A stretch of 49,545 bases of DNA, the filler included, from Catajapyx aquilonaris (taxonomy: Eukaryota), in the NCBI GenBank assembly GCA_000934665.2. It is 3 parts of 3 records of this genome, joined end to end, with 100 filler letters (N's around TTAATTAATTAA, not from the genome) between each part and the next. Parts side by side here need not be neighbours in the genome. Positions count along the whole stretch, not along the records: positions 33,010 to 49,545 come from JYFJ02007212.1; 2 more parts are not named here. One strand, given 5' to 3'. Below, piece by piece: positions 33,010-45,765 of this stretch; positions within the stretch are counted from its first letter, which is position 1; each line of letters begins with the position of its first letter. Made by a program: the position numbers and the translations under genes. The notes beneath the pieces are model-generated. The model had not been told where the DNA came from. It did no database searches and worked only from the letters and a program-made list of their open reading frames with translations.

Positions 33010-35389
33010 GCTTATCGGTGGGGAAATCTGAAGCTATTTTAAAAGGACACTGGCATTCCGGAGACCTCGAAAAGTAGGCAAACAACCCCTGACTCGATAT
33101 TATTGCTGGCACGCCAAAGAAGCATTTTGGCCGAAACTACGCTTCGATGCATAAATGATTTTTTTATGATCGCACTATTTGCTCAAAAAATGTAAACTAA
33201 ACGATATTTGTCGTAGAAGGAATTACACTATGATTGTCTCAAAGGTGAAGTCCAAATGTGCTATATTTCGCCAGATATAGCAAAAAATATGGCTTGGTCA
33301 CAAAAAGAGCCCACGTCACCGGAGAGCGAACATTTCGCACGTCACCGTCTGAGGGTTAACAGTGTGTCGTGGACAACCCCCTAAATCATTCTGGTCGTTT
33401 GATCGAACTTGATGTTACGAATATATTTTTAGGAGAAGGGTTCGTTATCACCATCCCTGCGGCTATGCAATTAGAGAGACTTGGCATGCTGAGAAATAGT
33501 ATTTCCTTCCTTTTTGCAAGGAAACACTAATGAGCGAACGCGATCCCGGTTCTTTTCTAGTAATGAGCAAGTCCCAGAAGGCATTCAATGAGGTCAGAAA
33601 TTAGTGCAAATTTGCAATGAAAAATGCTTTTTTCGCTTTGAGTCCACTAAGCACTCTTTAAAATCTCTGAAGATTATTTTTTTGGGGAGTTCTAAAGTAT
33701 CCAGTAAGCATAAGAGCTCTGCTCCAAATGGAACTGAGTTGCTACCATAGTTGCATGCTCTTGTGTGATTCTCTTTTGGTTCTAGTCCTTTCTATTTCTA
33801 GGCGCGTAAACGCCTGTAGACAAAGGAACAAGTCTGGCTTCCCTGAGCGTGCACCGCCATTTCTACTCACAGCGATATATTAGCTCCTTAGAGTCGCATT
33901 TCAGAAATGTCGCCTCGAGAACTATTGTTGTACAGTACTGTTGAGTACTGTAGGTAGGAAAGTTGTGTTCTAAATAAAAGTCAGCAAAGTATACGGATAA
34001 AATTAATTGAAAAAAAAACATGTTTCCTGAAATACTGATATGAGGTAACATTAACAAAAATTCTATAATAATCAACAAAATAATGATTAAATGCCACTTT
34101 TACTTGAAAATGAACATTTTAAACACATATTCTGCACTCGTCTTTCAAACCCGCTAATTTAAGTTTTAACGGTTTTTTCAACGATTAACGGCTATTTCAA
34201 CGATTAACGGCTATTTCAACGATTAATATGCAGTCCTTCTACGCTACCAGCTAGTACGCTTCTACAAAAAAGCACCTATGAAAAAACCAACTTTTATGAT
34301 AGTTCCACTGATGCGCCACGACACCTGCGACATTTGGGAACAAGACAATACACAGTCGACGAGCTGCGCAGGTTTGGCCCACACATCGATCCGTCGGCTC
34401 GGAACTGCATTTAACGCTCTTTTTGGCATTTTTTTTTTTTGAGAGAGAACCGCAACCCCCCTTCCCCCTCACCCGGTTCAAAATAATACGTGATTTTTTC
34501 CCACCAAAAAATCAAAGGTCATGTATAATAGATTGTTCTATAGGTCCTCTCTACCAACTTTAATTTAAACAATAGCTGCATTGGTTATGAGGGTGCCATC
34601 TGGAATTTTGTTTGCAAAATAGCGCTTAAGGAAAACTCGAATCATTTGTATAAGACGAATTATTCATAGATCGTCTGCTAGTCGTTGAATAGGACGCGTG
34701 GTCACTTCCAGTAATTTACAGTAGTTGTAATTGGCCCTTAGGTCTTGTCCACTGTCTCGTTAAGAGCTCGTAGAACCTACCAAATTTCCTACCAGTTGAA
34801 AGGGATGCATATGTGTGTCAAATATCAAAATTCAGAGTGTGTCCTCTATAGAGTGGGTAGGTTGCGAGTCCTAGCGGAAATGAATGGAACCAACCTAATG
34901 TGGCGCAACTTTAATAAGGGATTTAAAAGTAGGGCAAAATCAGTGATTGAACAGACTTTGCACGAGTCCTTGATTAACATTCCAGCAGCGGTTGGAATCA
35001 AGGAGCCAAAATCTTCTTCTAAGGGGTCCTTTTCATCTACGCTTTTCCTTCAAACCCTAGCTCAAGCTTCTTGATCATCTTCAATTAAGTAAACCGACCG
35101 CGAAGTGGACTAAGACCAATCGGACTATTAGTCGTTATTAAAGGAGCCTAGAAAGTCGACTATCGTAAAGTTAGTAGTCAAATTGGATTATGCAAGTACG
35201 TCTGGGCGTGAAAATGCATTGCGCTACTAGAATTATTTGGGCAACTATTTGATCCTATTATTACGCCAAAGTTAGTCAAAGTAGGTTTTAATTATGCTGT
35301 AAGATGCTTAACATTATGAATTAAATTGTGGATTAAATTTTAGCGATAACTAGTTGTATGTAAGTAGTTTCGTAATAGCTTTCAGTACA

Positions 35390-35815
35390 CTATATTCTCC
35401 TTGTGTGTCAGTATTATTTTCCTTGTCTTTCAGTATTTTCCTTGTATATCGGGTATTATTTTTTTCATGTCTTTCAATGTGTGTTAGTATTGTATTTCCC
35501 TGTCTTACAGTATTTTCCATGGCTTCCTGTTTTTCTTCCCTTTTCTTTTCTTTCAGCATTTTTTTTCCTTGTCTTTCACTATTTTTCCTTACAATTGTCG
35601 GTATTATATTTTCCATGTATTTCATTTTTTTTTCCATGTCTTTCAATTTTTCTCCTGGTGTGTCAGTATTCCTATGTCTTTCAGGGTTTTTCTTGTCTTT
35701 CAGAATTTTTCTTGTCTTTCAGAATTTTCCTTGTCTTTCATGATTTTTCCTCGTCATTCAGTATCTTCTTTCTCTTTGTCTTTCAGGTCTTTCAGTATGT
35801 TCTTGTCGTTCAGTA
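35390..35815. repeat. Degenerate pyrimidine-rich minisatellite (CTTGTCTTTCAGTATTTT-like unit)
   Basis: Recurrent cttgtctttcag units of about 17-20 nt. Confidence 0.8.
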
Positions 35816-36519
35816 GTGTTCTGTTGATATTACAAACAAGTATCAAAAATTGCCAATTTAGTTCCCATGTTTACCACTATGTGTCTCACTTCTAGCTCTA
35901 TTAACATCACTTTTACCTGGTTGTTTAGTGGCCTCATTTGACCTTCTCGAAACACTGGAAAAAAGACTCTTGGAAAATTTTCCTCCCTGAATCCAGGGGA
36001 GGGTTGATGGAAGTGGGTTGCTGGAAGTATCCCCTTCAATCTTGTGGTGTGTTCCCCTGGAGAGTCAGTGACCAGTCGGCGGCTCCACCCCAAGTACATT
36101 CCAAACCAGATTGCTCCATTAAGTCGGGCAGGCCCTTGCTGTGCTTAATGATCTCGGCCGAATCGCATTCATCTGAAAAGAGGAGAAGGGCTTTTCAGAG
36201 AGAGAGAGGGGGGGGGAGGGCTGCCTGCCCATCCTATGCCCTCGTTAATCGCACTCCTCCTCTTGGAAAATTCAACCCTACCCCTCCCACTAGTTTCCAC
36301 CAGCTAGCTCCACATCCTATGCGAAATGATCGTAGAGCCTGACCATTTGGGCAGGCCTGGAGCAATGCAAATCTTGCATCAAAGCGAGATATTCGGTCTG
36401 ACAACTATTCGTGATGAGATGCAGATTTTTAAACAAAATCTTGATTTGATCTGACAAAATAATTATCTAGGCTAGTTTTTATTTATTTATTTATAGTATT
36501 ATAGACTACTGAATACACT

Positions 36520-36950
36520 CAATACACTCTTGGAAATATACTCTAGAATATACTCTTGACTGTACTCTTGGCTGTACTCTTGGCTGTACTCTAGAATATA
36601 CTCTTGACTGTACTCTAGAATATACTCTTGACCGTACTCTAGAATATACTCTTGACTGTACTCTTGAATATACTCTTGACTACTCTAGAATATACTCTTG
36701 ACTGTACTCTTGAATATACTCTTGACTGTACTCTTGAATATACTCTTGACTGTACTCTTGACTGTACTCTTGAATATACTCTTGACTGTACTCTAGATAG
36801 TCTACTAGAATATACTCTTGACTGTACTCTAGATAGTCTACTAGAATATACTCTTGACTGTACTCTTGACTGTACTCTTGAACATACTCTAGATAGTCTA
36901 GAATATACTCTTGACTGTATTCTAGAATACACTCAATAAACTCATGAACA
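36520..36950. repeat. 12-bp minisatellite with two interleaved variants (TACTCTTGACTG / TACTCTWGAATA)
   Basis: Direct reading; source of the SRVY/SRVQ and TLEY/TLDC repeat ORFs. Confidence 0.9.
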
Positions 36951-37119
36951 CACTCAATAAGCTCTTGAATTCAGATAATATTTTGAGTAAAATTTATATT
37001 TTTATATTTTTTATTTATTTTACCCCATGATAGGGCGGAGTCCTTTGGGGGGGGGGTGGCATACCACTGTCTGTTGTCTTCGATTTTTCTGACTCATACT
37101 TCACACATGGGTCGGGCCA

Positions 37120-37303
37120 AGGATAAGAACGAAAGGAAGCGGCTGTGGCCTATTTTTACGGAAACGACCCCGGAATCGTCCTGGGGGAACCGTGAGAAAC
37201 CACAGAAAACCACGGTCAGGGTAGCCCCGGGATTCGAACCCTGGACCTCCCGATTAGCCGGCGCCCGGCGGACTCCATATCCACTACACCAACCTGCTTC
37301 GGT
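37120..37303 (-). mobile_element. tRNA-derived SINE
   Basis: Minus strand has A-box TGGTGTAGTGG and B-box GGTTCGAATCC, then a body (ggttttctgtggtttc...ccagg...taggccaca) shared with 38704-38875. Confidence 0.8.
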
Positions 37304-38703
37304 TTTTGAGTAAAAATTTTGAATCTTCCAATTTCTAACATTTGACTTACTTTTTTAAAAAAAATTAGATCTTATAACCGTCCACAATCCTGTACACTCT
37401 CTTGTCATCCTCTAACAATCCCACCGTACTCCCAGGATCCCCTCAGTAATTTACGGACAAGCTCTTATCTGGCTGGAAAATTGGTTTTCACCACGTGAAC
37501 CGTGCACATGGGGTCATTCCTTCGTCGCTTCGAACACTATAATACGAAAATCCTGACCGAAAGTTGACCACAATCCTAAATCAAGTCAGTCAGACGGATC
37601 CTCCCACAAATTCCTTTTGCCGTTTTGCTGCAGTCCAGCCTACATCGGAAGCCATTGGTCCTAACCGCCTCCCAACGGCCGCAGTCTTTTGTCGGCTTCA
37701 GCCCTCGCACATTAATTGCAAGTTATTCCCTGTATATGGTGGAAGGCCGTAAAACGAGGCCTTTTATCAGCTAGGCCCCCTCCTATCCGCCATGTTTTTT
37801 AATTAAAAGAGCCCTCGTGGGCAAGATGGCGGGGTTTTGACGCGTCAAAACGGTTGGTCTGAGGGGGGAGTCCGGGGGGCGAAAAACCGTTGGAAAGCAA
37901 GGGCAGCAAGGGAGAGATTAACAAGAAGGGCCAGCAGAGGTCTCTCGGGTTGATGGCGCTGGTCTTTAGGGAAGCGCCCCCCTCCGGATTTCTGGGGTAA
38001 TGGAGGTCGGCTGTGGGAGACATAGTTATTTGCTCTAGGTCTGTTGGGGATTCTCTCCACAAGCGTAACATCATTGCCAAGCTCTGAATGTACCGTGTGT
38101 GTATATATGTGTCGCAAGCTGCTGTTGCTTGTTGGTGGACATATGACCCTAGCCTGATTAGTGACACGTCCGAGCGCGCCACTTAATTATTTCCGGGCTG
38201 CCTCCATGTTGCTGTTGGGACTTATTCCTGTACTATTCATGACTGATTGGTAATAATGCTGGCCAGCCGGGGCAGGGAAAATGTAGGCCACCATGGATTT
38301 CATTATTGCTTTCAAAAAAGTCCGTGTTGGATTATGATTGTTTCACCTACACTGCTAGTCCAGGCAGAAAGGGGTCACAATTGGGATATAATTTTCAAAA
38401 CTGTAGTGTTGATTAAAGGAGCTCTAGGTGATCGATTTTGACTCTAGGCAATATTAGCTGAAATTGTATCAAACCGTATCAGAAAATGAGTAGGTCATTA
38501 GCAAAACCAGATCTGAAACCTTCAGAAAACACGAATTTCAAATTTAGTGAGACCCTGCCCAGGTGACCTTTCCCAATGAGAGATGGACTAATTGTTAAAA
38601 TATTCAATATATTTGAAATATTTGAAATATTAATTTAGATTTGAGTTGATGCCTGTAACCAATTAAATCGCTTCAAATAAAATATTCGATATTTTTTTTA
38701 AAC

Positions 38704-38875
38704 GGAAGCAGGTTGGTGTTGTGGATATGGAGTCTGCTTGCTAATCAGGAGGTCCTGGGTTCGATTCTCGGGGCCGGTGGGTTTTCTATGGTTTCCCACG
38801 GTCTCCCCAGGATAATTCCGGGTTCGTTTCCGTATAATAGGCCACAACTGCGTCCGGGAGGCCGGGGTTCCAATC
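38704..38875 (+). mobile_element. tRNA-derived SINE, same family as 37120-37303
   Basis: gaagcaggttggtgttgtggatatggagtc...gggttcgattc...ggttttctatggtttcccacgg...taggccaca. Confidence 0.8.
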
Positions 38876-40526
38876 CCGTCCCCGTCACCTCTGCTTGGCC
38901 GGGTCTTTTTCCGCTTTTCACCCGACATGCCGGGGCAGAATTGCACTCCTACTCTGCCCAGGGCTAGGAGAAAAGGTCTGGTGGATTTCAGAGAGTCAGA
39001 AATGACTATAATTACAGCGCCCTCCCTTGGGAACCTCCCCTTTCCCCCTAATAGGTCTCCGGCCTATCACAGGGTTTCTAAAAAATGTGAGAGGTAAAAT
39101 GGTGGTATTCCACCCCCTCCCTTACGGAGCGAGATCCTCCCAACGGAGTAAATAAAATTTTCACAAAGTTTACATCAATGGAGACGACTGGAGACACCAT
39201 GAAAATGACACACTCAAATTTTGAGATATCGTCCTACTTTCTAGCCTCAATTTAAGCCACTACCAGCTTGATAATAAAGCAAACTGATTCCGAACACGAC
39301 TGCAATTTACCCTAAATATCATGAAATTATCTCACCTAAATCTAAGTACTACTTAGATATCAAACGCAACCTGCATACAACATCAGATCCGAACCAACTT
39401 TCCTCGTATCAGGTGCATATCCATAAGAGACCAAGCTGCAGTTTAAGTCAAGTTCCAGCTCAAGAAAACCGGACTCCCACTTGAGCTCGGGCCAAACTCA
39501 TCCCAAAGCTTCCCAACGGCCATTGAAAAGCGAGCCCGAGTTCTCATCCAAAAGGAGGGAATACACTTGGAAAATGGGCCGGCTCTAGGCCAAATAGGCC
39601 CATGTAATCGTGCTTGGTAAAGGAAGGAGAGGTATGGAAGGGGGTGCTCTTTTGCTAATTGCAGAGCCCAATGCAGACCGAGTTATGGTTCTCGTGAGTT
39701 TTAGTCGATTTCAAGCCGCTGCATTAGACCTAGTATCATAAGGAGTGATGGAAATATCAATTGAAGAAGAGTAGATGCAAAGGCTTCTACTCTCTCAGCT
39801 ACTTTTGACTCTACTCTCTCATCCACCCACATGAAGTGCAGAGTAGAGACGAAATGCGCAGAATTGAAAATAGCGTCTTCACTTTTTAGCGCAAATATTG
39901 CCGGAGCTTGTTTCCTAACATTGAATGTGAAGCTTTTATCCGACCCATGGTATTGTGATTAGACAGGGAGCCTCGAGGCGGATAAAATGTAACTTTGCTC
40001 TGGTAATTGCAGGGGGCTTATCATCGCTGAAATTCTGCGATGGTGTTTGGCTCATAGTTAGTACAGCATGCCCACCCCCCAGCCCCCCCACCTATTTTCA
40101 GGCTCGGAGATTAAGCCTGAGAGCTGATGCTTGCAATGTAAATATTTAAAATCTATGTAAGCTAATAAAATAGCTCAAAAGCACAATTAGTGCGCCATAT
40201 TACACATCGGAGGCGAGCTTCTGTATCAGCAGCTAAATACACTACACACATTGTAACCTTACAGAGCTTGGAACATTCAATCCAGTTTTCAACATTGTAA
40301 TTTTAATGTCAAAGTAAGGTAGTTTGGAGTGATTTGTGTAAGTTTCATGGCCTGAAGACTATTTAAAAAAAAGTTCTTATCGTAACTATGTGATGAAAAT
40401 TAACAAATTACAGGAGTTGAGGTGAAGTGACAGGTATCATATGCAGATGAAAGGCATTGATTTTAATTAATGCTAGATAATGAAACGTCAAACTTTTTGC
40501 CAGCCCAAATATCATATAGTCTTGTA

Positions 40527-40736
40527 CAGTGTCTACTGGTGGCGCCTTGAGCCGTTGGCTGCAAAAGAGCGAATATAAATGTGACTCCGCATGACCACCT
40601 TCACTCCCAGGAGGCAAGTTTAGATTCACCTGATCATAATCAAGTGAAGGTGGTCATGCAGAGGCATATTTCGATTCACTCTTTTTCCGCCATTTCTCAT
40701 GGCGCCACCAGTACCACATATTAATGTCCAGCACTG
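40527..40736. mobile_element. Degenerate Tc1-like MITE
   Basis: Ends ta|cagtg and cactg|ta. Internal inverted pairs tactggtggcgcc/ggcgccaccagta and gcatgaccaccttcact/agtgaaggtggtcatgc. Right end matches the TIR of 32290-32719. Confidence 0.55.
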
Positions 40737-41132
40737 TATTGAAGGAAATTCAGACGTAAGATTGCGACACTATAGATGAGTACACCAAACTGTGAAATAT
40801 CACATTTTAAATTGCCGAAATAATATTACTCCAGATTGTTAAATCGCGTAAATCGTTATTTTGATCAGTCGTGACCTTGTCCAAGGATGTCGTGAATAAA
40901 GATGGAGCTACATATCAGTACATATCATACTGTTTATTGTGTTCAAATAAGTAATATTGTGCCAAAATTATCCGGAACAAAATTGCTCGCTCTCTAATTA
41001 CGTGTAGAGTTTGGTTACAGTAAATAAGTGCTTTGAAAACATTACATAAGTTTTGAAGACAAACTTCTTCTATTTCATATTTACATGGGCTATTACGCAT
41101 ATGTGTTATTTTATAACTCTGTGTAAATGTAG

Positions 41133-41968
41133 TGTGATGCCATCTACTAGAGAAATATGTATTTTCGTTCAGTTTTCTGTAGGCTTACCTCATCTGCCGG
41201 GAAATGAATGAATCTGATCATATTGATTGATTCCATAATAGCCACAAATTTTGATGTAATTGGTGACTTACAGTGTCGAATATTCTTTAATTGGAGTGAA
41301 ATAATTATTTCATAGCATGCAAAAAATGCGCCAATCTGATTTTTGTCTTTTAAAGTCAAATGAGATTTTGAAATTAAACTTTAAATAAAATGTTGGCAAG
41401 TCCAATTTGGGCTACTTTCCCCAATTATTAGCTTCACCAACAATCGGGTTTTCAAACATCCCCTTTCTTTGTCACCCGAGACAGCTATTCACAAGTCACG
41501 CTAGTTTACCAGCTTCATATTACACTTGTAAACACTACATGTGGCACTTACTGGGTAAGCTTGTTTTGCCAACGGCGAATTTTTTTGAGGAGGGTCATCA
41601 GTGACATGCGGCAAATATTTTATATATCTAATTTTAATACATATAAAATGTTCTTAACTGTATAAATCCCACATAATCTACGTATAAGTAAAACCCTCAT
41701 TACGTGTTTCAAATTTTTGTATAATATTTCATCTCAAAAAGGTGACTCAACCCTGAAGGAGACATAAAATATTTGTAATGGGACAAATGCCTGCATATGG
41801 TATTCATATTCAGATGATATTCATAAATAATTTCATTTTTAAATAGATGTCTAGCATATTGCCCTACACGATGTAAAGCCGCATGTGATGCCATCTACTA
41901 GGGAAATACGTATTTTAGCTTACTATTCTGTAGGCATACCCCATCTGCAGTGAAATGAATGAATCTGG
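41133..41968. repeat. Diverged direct repeat pair (about 41133-41218 and 41885-41968)
   Basis: gtgatgccatctactag...tctgtaggc...catctg...gaaatgaatgaatctg occurs twice. Confidence 0.7.
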
Positions 41969-42799
41969 TGCTCTCTATCAAAAACTGTGACTTTCACAAT
42001 AAAACTGTTAAAAAACTGCAGTTTTATTGTGAAAGTCACAGTGCATTATACCACACTCACCTGTTACCCACCCATCTCTTCACATTGTTGAAATATGGAA
42101 TTTAAATTGTTAGAATAATGCCCTTTTCAAAATCAATGTACAATGCATATAAAGGAGTTGTATTGTGTACACATGATTTGATTTCCGCCTAGGAGTTACC
42201 TTTCGCCTGCGTCAGGAGGGTCTCTGTCTCTCTGACCTGCACCAAAGAAGTGTCTGGGGATGGGTACGACATTGCACCTTGCACCCATGTTCCATCCCCC
42301 AAAAAACCAAATCCTTACCCAATGTCCTTGTTTCCCTGCACCGGAGTGAAGTTAACTTAGAAAATTGAGGAAAAATGGTTGTGTACCATCCCCCTGTAGA
42401 ACCCGTAAGGGTCATCACGGGGTACGATAAAAAAATTATTTCATTTGAAACGTACTCGATACAAATCTGAGATGATCACAGTGTTATCAGTCCTCTTTTT
42501 CAGAGTCACTTTCTTTCTCCTCAGTCTGCCAAGTCATGATATCATCATAAAAGGTGATGTTGTTTGAATCTACATACTTCATCATCTTGGATATGTCTTC
42601 TAGCTTTTGAGACTTTGATTTGAAACTTTTGAGACTTTTGAGACTTGATTGGCACCTCCCCCCCCNATGATTGACATTTGCAGTCATTGATTATTGTAGC
42701 CATCACGTGACGTACCTGACCCTTAATATTTTGTTAATGATTTTTTAAATAATATTAATTTGATACATCGAATATAGTTGGGTTTCGTTTTATTGCATT

Positions 42800-42805
42800 C
42801 AACAA

Positions 42806-42874
<69 letters not shown>

Positions 42875-42876
42875 AC
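42800..42876. repeat. (AAC)n microsatellite
   Basis: Direct reading. Confidence 0.95.
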
Positions 42877-43881
42877 ATTTCCCTGTGAGGGGTAGTCAGC
42901 GATGAAGGGAAACGAAAGTTAACTTCACACATATTCAAACTACATTACACAATACAATAAAGAAAGACTTGTACCTTTTACCAGTGTTGCCGAATTTGGT
43001 TTCACCTGTGTACATACCATTCCGCTATGGTGACCCGGCAGGCAAGCCATCCCCTGCCGGCGTCACCTCACGGGCAAATGTCCCCTGACTCCATCGTCCT
43101 CCAAACCGATCCTGTCCCTTGCTCTTTTTTCCCTCCAAAAACCGTCAAGGCCAGAGTCGGCCAACTCTGCCTCGATCTCCACAAGGTCCGTGCCTTGGCT
43201 ATAAAAGAGCAGCACCAAGGCACGGGCCACCTCACTTCATCTGCAGCCCTCAACCAGAGACGACCGACCTCCGATCTTCGCAGCAGGCAGCACGACCTCC
43301 AAGCTCCGCAGACGCAGCAGCCGCAGCAGCCGCAGCAGCCGCAGCAGCAGCAGCAGCACATCAGTCAACGGTCCTTTTCAGGACCAGCATTAGAAACGGC
43401 CCTTTTCAGGGCCAACACGAGATTCCGTAAAGGGTCACCAAACCGCCATTATCATATCATTGTTCCAATTACCGTACTTGATCCATCATGCAACATTCCG
43501 ACCTTCAGAGACTGTTGTAGCCTTACCTCAGGTTCGATTTACCATCATGATTTGTGCTTTCCTGATCTACCATCATGCATTGCGCCTTCCCTAAACCGTT
43601 GTCCGCTCCCTCTATGAAAGGGTAGTCCTCGGATACTTCGTGGCCTTTGGTCGCCCTCGCGGGAGGGGGGGGGGGTCGCTCCGTCATTCTTCTCCCCTTC
43701 CTCCATCCTAGACTCACCACCACACACTGCGTCATATCACATGCAGACTATTAAAACAGAATGGAACGAACCCTTGTCTTTTATGTTCATCCCGAATTGG
43801 GTGACACCAGCATTGTGAAATGCATGGCTGTGCCACAATATTATATTATTATGAAATTTGAAAAGTGAACTAAAATTGCAA

Positions 43882-45765
43882 TTATTTGATTATTTCTCTT
43901 AAAAAGACAGCAATCGCAAGACACAACCCAATGAACAGGACATAAAAATGACTCTGTAACTTCCGTAGTGAAAAAACCACCCTTCCTTCGTCACTTTCTG
44001 CAATTTGGTCCTTTCTTCTGGCTTCGGCAGCATCCAACAATCTCCTGTGATTCAAAAGTCTCTCTTTTTTCTCGTTCAATCCAATGCTGTAGAAGATGTG
44101 CGACCAGTAGTTCCAGTTCTCCGAATAAACCATTCCTTTTGGAAGGAAACATGTGTAATACACAATGGCTGCGTAGTCGTCGGACATGAAAGCGACGTCT
44201 TGGCCATACACATCTAAGCTATTCATTGATTCCTTCAACGACCAGCTGTTCCCAAAACAGACACTGTCTTCAGTGACTACGTTCTCGCTGCACTTATCCC
44301 AATCTGCTACAACTTCCAGTCTGTGAAGCAAAATTTTGTAAGGATCATTCTCATCAAGATCAATAGTATTCGTTAATACTTCGTAAGAGGCCTTTTGCAT
44401 TTTTATACGGAAATGAGAAATTCGCAATTTCTCAAAAGTGTCTGGCACATCCTCTCTCGGTGGGAAAGTCAGAAGATCGTACAGTTTGGAAAGGTAGGCT
44501 GTGGTAATGACCATGGAAAAATAAACCCAGAATATTGCAAAAGCCTTCAATGCGTCTCGTTCAGGAAATGACGCGCCCTGTTGTAAAGTTACTTTCACGA
44601 GGTAGAACATATACGATATAAATGATGCAATGTAACTGGCCTTATTCTGGAATAGCTCTTGATAATGTGAATATGAAAGCAAGACTAAAGTGACACAAGC
44701 AACAAACAATGAAAAAGCAACCAAACACCACATCCCGAGTGTGAAGGGCAAAAGCACAATAAAGACAGTCCTTTTCTCGAGTGGAGATCGAGCAAGGAAT
44801 GTCAATTTGGTACTAATCAAATATGGGGCTATTAAGTCACCCACTGCATATGAAAAATCAATTACTGCACAATCTGCAAGGAAATTTAATCTCCCTTGCA
44901 TAATATCATCAATAACTTCGCCTATTGCAGAAACGTTGCTGATCAATGAGTTTACATCGACCATAGATATGTTCCACGTGAAGTTTAGTGCAGTGCCCAA
45001 GAAACACAACTGAATGGTAAAACACGTTGCATTGCACTCCAAGTGACTATCCTCAACTGAGGATATGGATCTCAGAAATTTCCCATGCAAGTTATTGGCA
45101 GTGTCTATAAATATTTGTCCTTCGACAGGTTCATCGTACGGTACCATGATGGACTCTACAGTTGGGTTCCCTTCGTTGCAGAAGTAGCACACGGAATGGG
45201 CCAGCAATGATTTGTTTTGAGCCGAATTGATCATCACCTTGTATTTGATTTTAGACAGTGGCTTCTCCAGAAGAACGTTGATGTCCATGTCCTCCCTCAT
45301 CCACAACACAAATTTGTCCCTCGCAATATTCACCACCATGATGGCCTCTTGTTCGTCCAAGATCTCCTCCACAAAATCTTCATAATTGGACGAACATGCC
45401 ACGACCAGATGCACTGCACACTTGGCCATCTTCTCCTTTGGTTCCAGTTCTAAACCAGTTCTTGAAGTTGTCTCCACAGTATCGCAGGTCCAAGAGCTGC
45501 TGGCCGAGCTCGACTTGGAGACAAGCACAGGTCGTCCAAGAAGAGACATGTTTGTCAACAGAGTCGTGACATGTCCTGGCATCGACCCTGCAACATCATG
45601 ATGCACAACCAGAGGACACTCCACTAGTTCATCCTTCTTCAGAAGGTTCCACATGAACTGCGCTTGTTCAATTCCTTCCTCACAGTCTTTCGTATGAATG
45701 TGTATGCGACATGACACCAGTGCAAATGAAGAGGCAAATATGTAGCATGTGATATTGATCTGCAT
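43882..45765 (-). CDS. Intronless divergent ionotropic receptor (IR; iGluR-related chemoreceptor), 627 aa
   Basis: Signal-peptide-like N-terminus. Pre-M1/M1 LLPFTLGMWCLV; M2 TLQQG; M3 FWVYFSMVITTAYLSKLYDLLTFP; S2 start PDTFEKL; M4 FSLRKLQSHFYVLFIGLCLAIAVFLRE. Length and single-exon structure are typical of divergent arthropod IRs. Confidence 0.9.
   Translation of the reverse strand: MQINITCYIFASSFALVSCRIHIHTKDCEEGIEQAQFMWNLLKKDELVECPLVVHHDVAGSMPGHVTTLLTNMSLLGRPVLVSKSSSASSSWTCDTVETTSRTGLELEPKEKMAKCAVHLVVACSSNYEDFVEEILDEQEAIMVVNIARDKFVLWMREDMDINVLLEKPLSKIKYKVMINSAQNKSLLAHSVCYFCNEGNPTVESIMVPYDEPVEGQIFIDTANNLHGKFLRSISSVEDSHLECNATCFTIQLCFLGTALNFTWNISMVDVNSLISNVSAIGEVIDDIMQGRLNFLADCAVIDFSYAVGDLIAPYLISTKLTFLARSPLEKRTVFIVLLPFTLGMWCLVAFSLFVACVTLVLLSYSHYQELFQNKASYIASFISYMFYLVKVTLQQGASFPERDALKAFAIFWVYFSMVITTAYLSKLYDLLTFPPREDVPDTFEKLRISHFRIKMQKASYEVLTNTIDLDENDPYKILLHRLEVVADWDKCSENVVTEDSVCFGNSWSLKESMNSLDVYGQDVAFMSDDYAAIVYYTCFLPKGMVYSENWNYWSHIFYSIGLNEKKERLLNHRRLLDAAEARRKDQIAESDEGRVVFSLRKLQSHFYVLFIGLCLAIAVFLREIIK

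Noticed and set aside
35350..35895. Very hydrophobic or Lys-rich ORFs of about 100-137 aa
   Set aside because: Translations of a pyrimidine-rich minisatellite.
36520..36950. CRISPR-like or repeat-protein interpretation of the 12-bp array
   Set aside because: No unique spacers, eukaryotic context; a simple minisatellite.
37240..37303. Functional tRNA gene (also 38704-38775, 1255-1326, 1461-1528)
   Set aside because: Cloverleaf stems are disrupted, and two copies run into a shared SINE body.
43027..43617. 196-aa ORF with polyQ, and the opposite-strand poly-Cys ORF resembling metallothionein
   Set aside because: Both derive from a CAG/CCG microsatellite at about 43314-43358; no splice, paralogue or domain support.
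20859..45765. A sensory locus linking the polycystin-like gene, the IR and the microprotein cluster
   Set aside because: The three lie on different contigs joined by artificial gaps; adjacency is unverified and nothing else links them.
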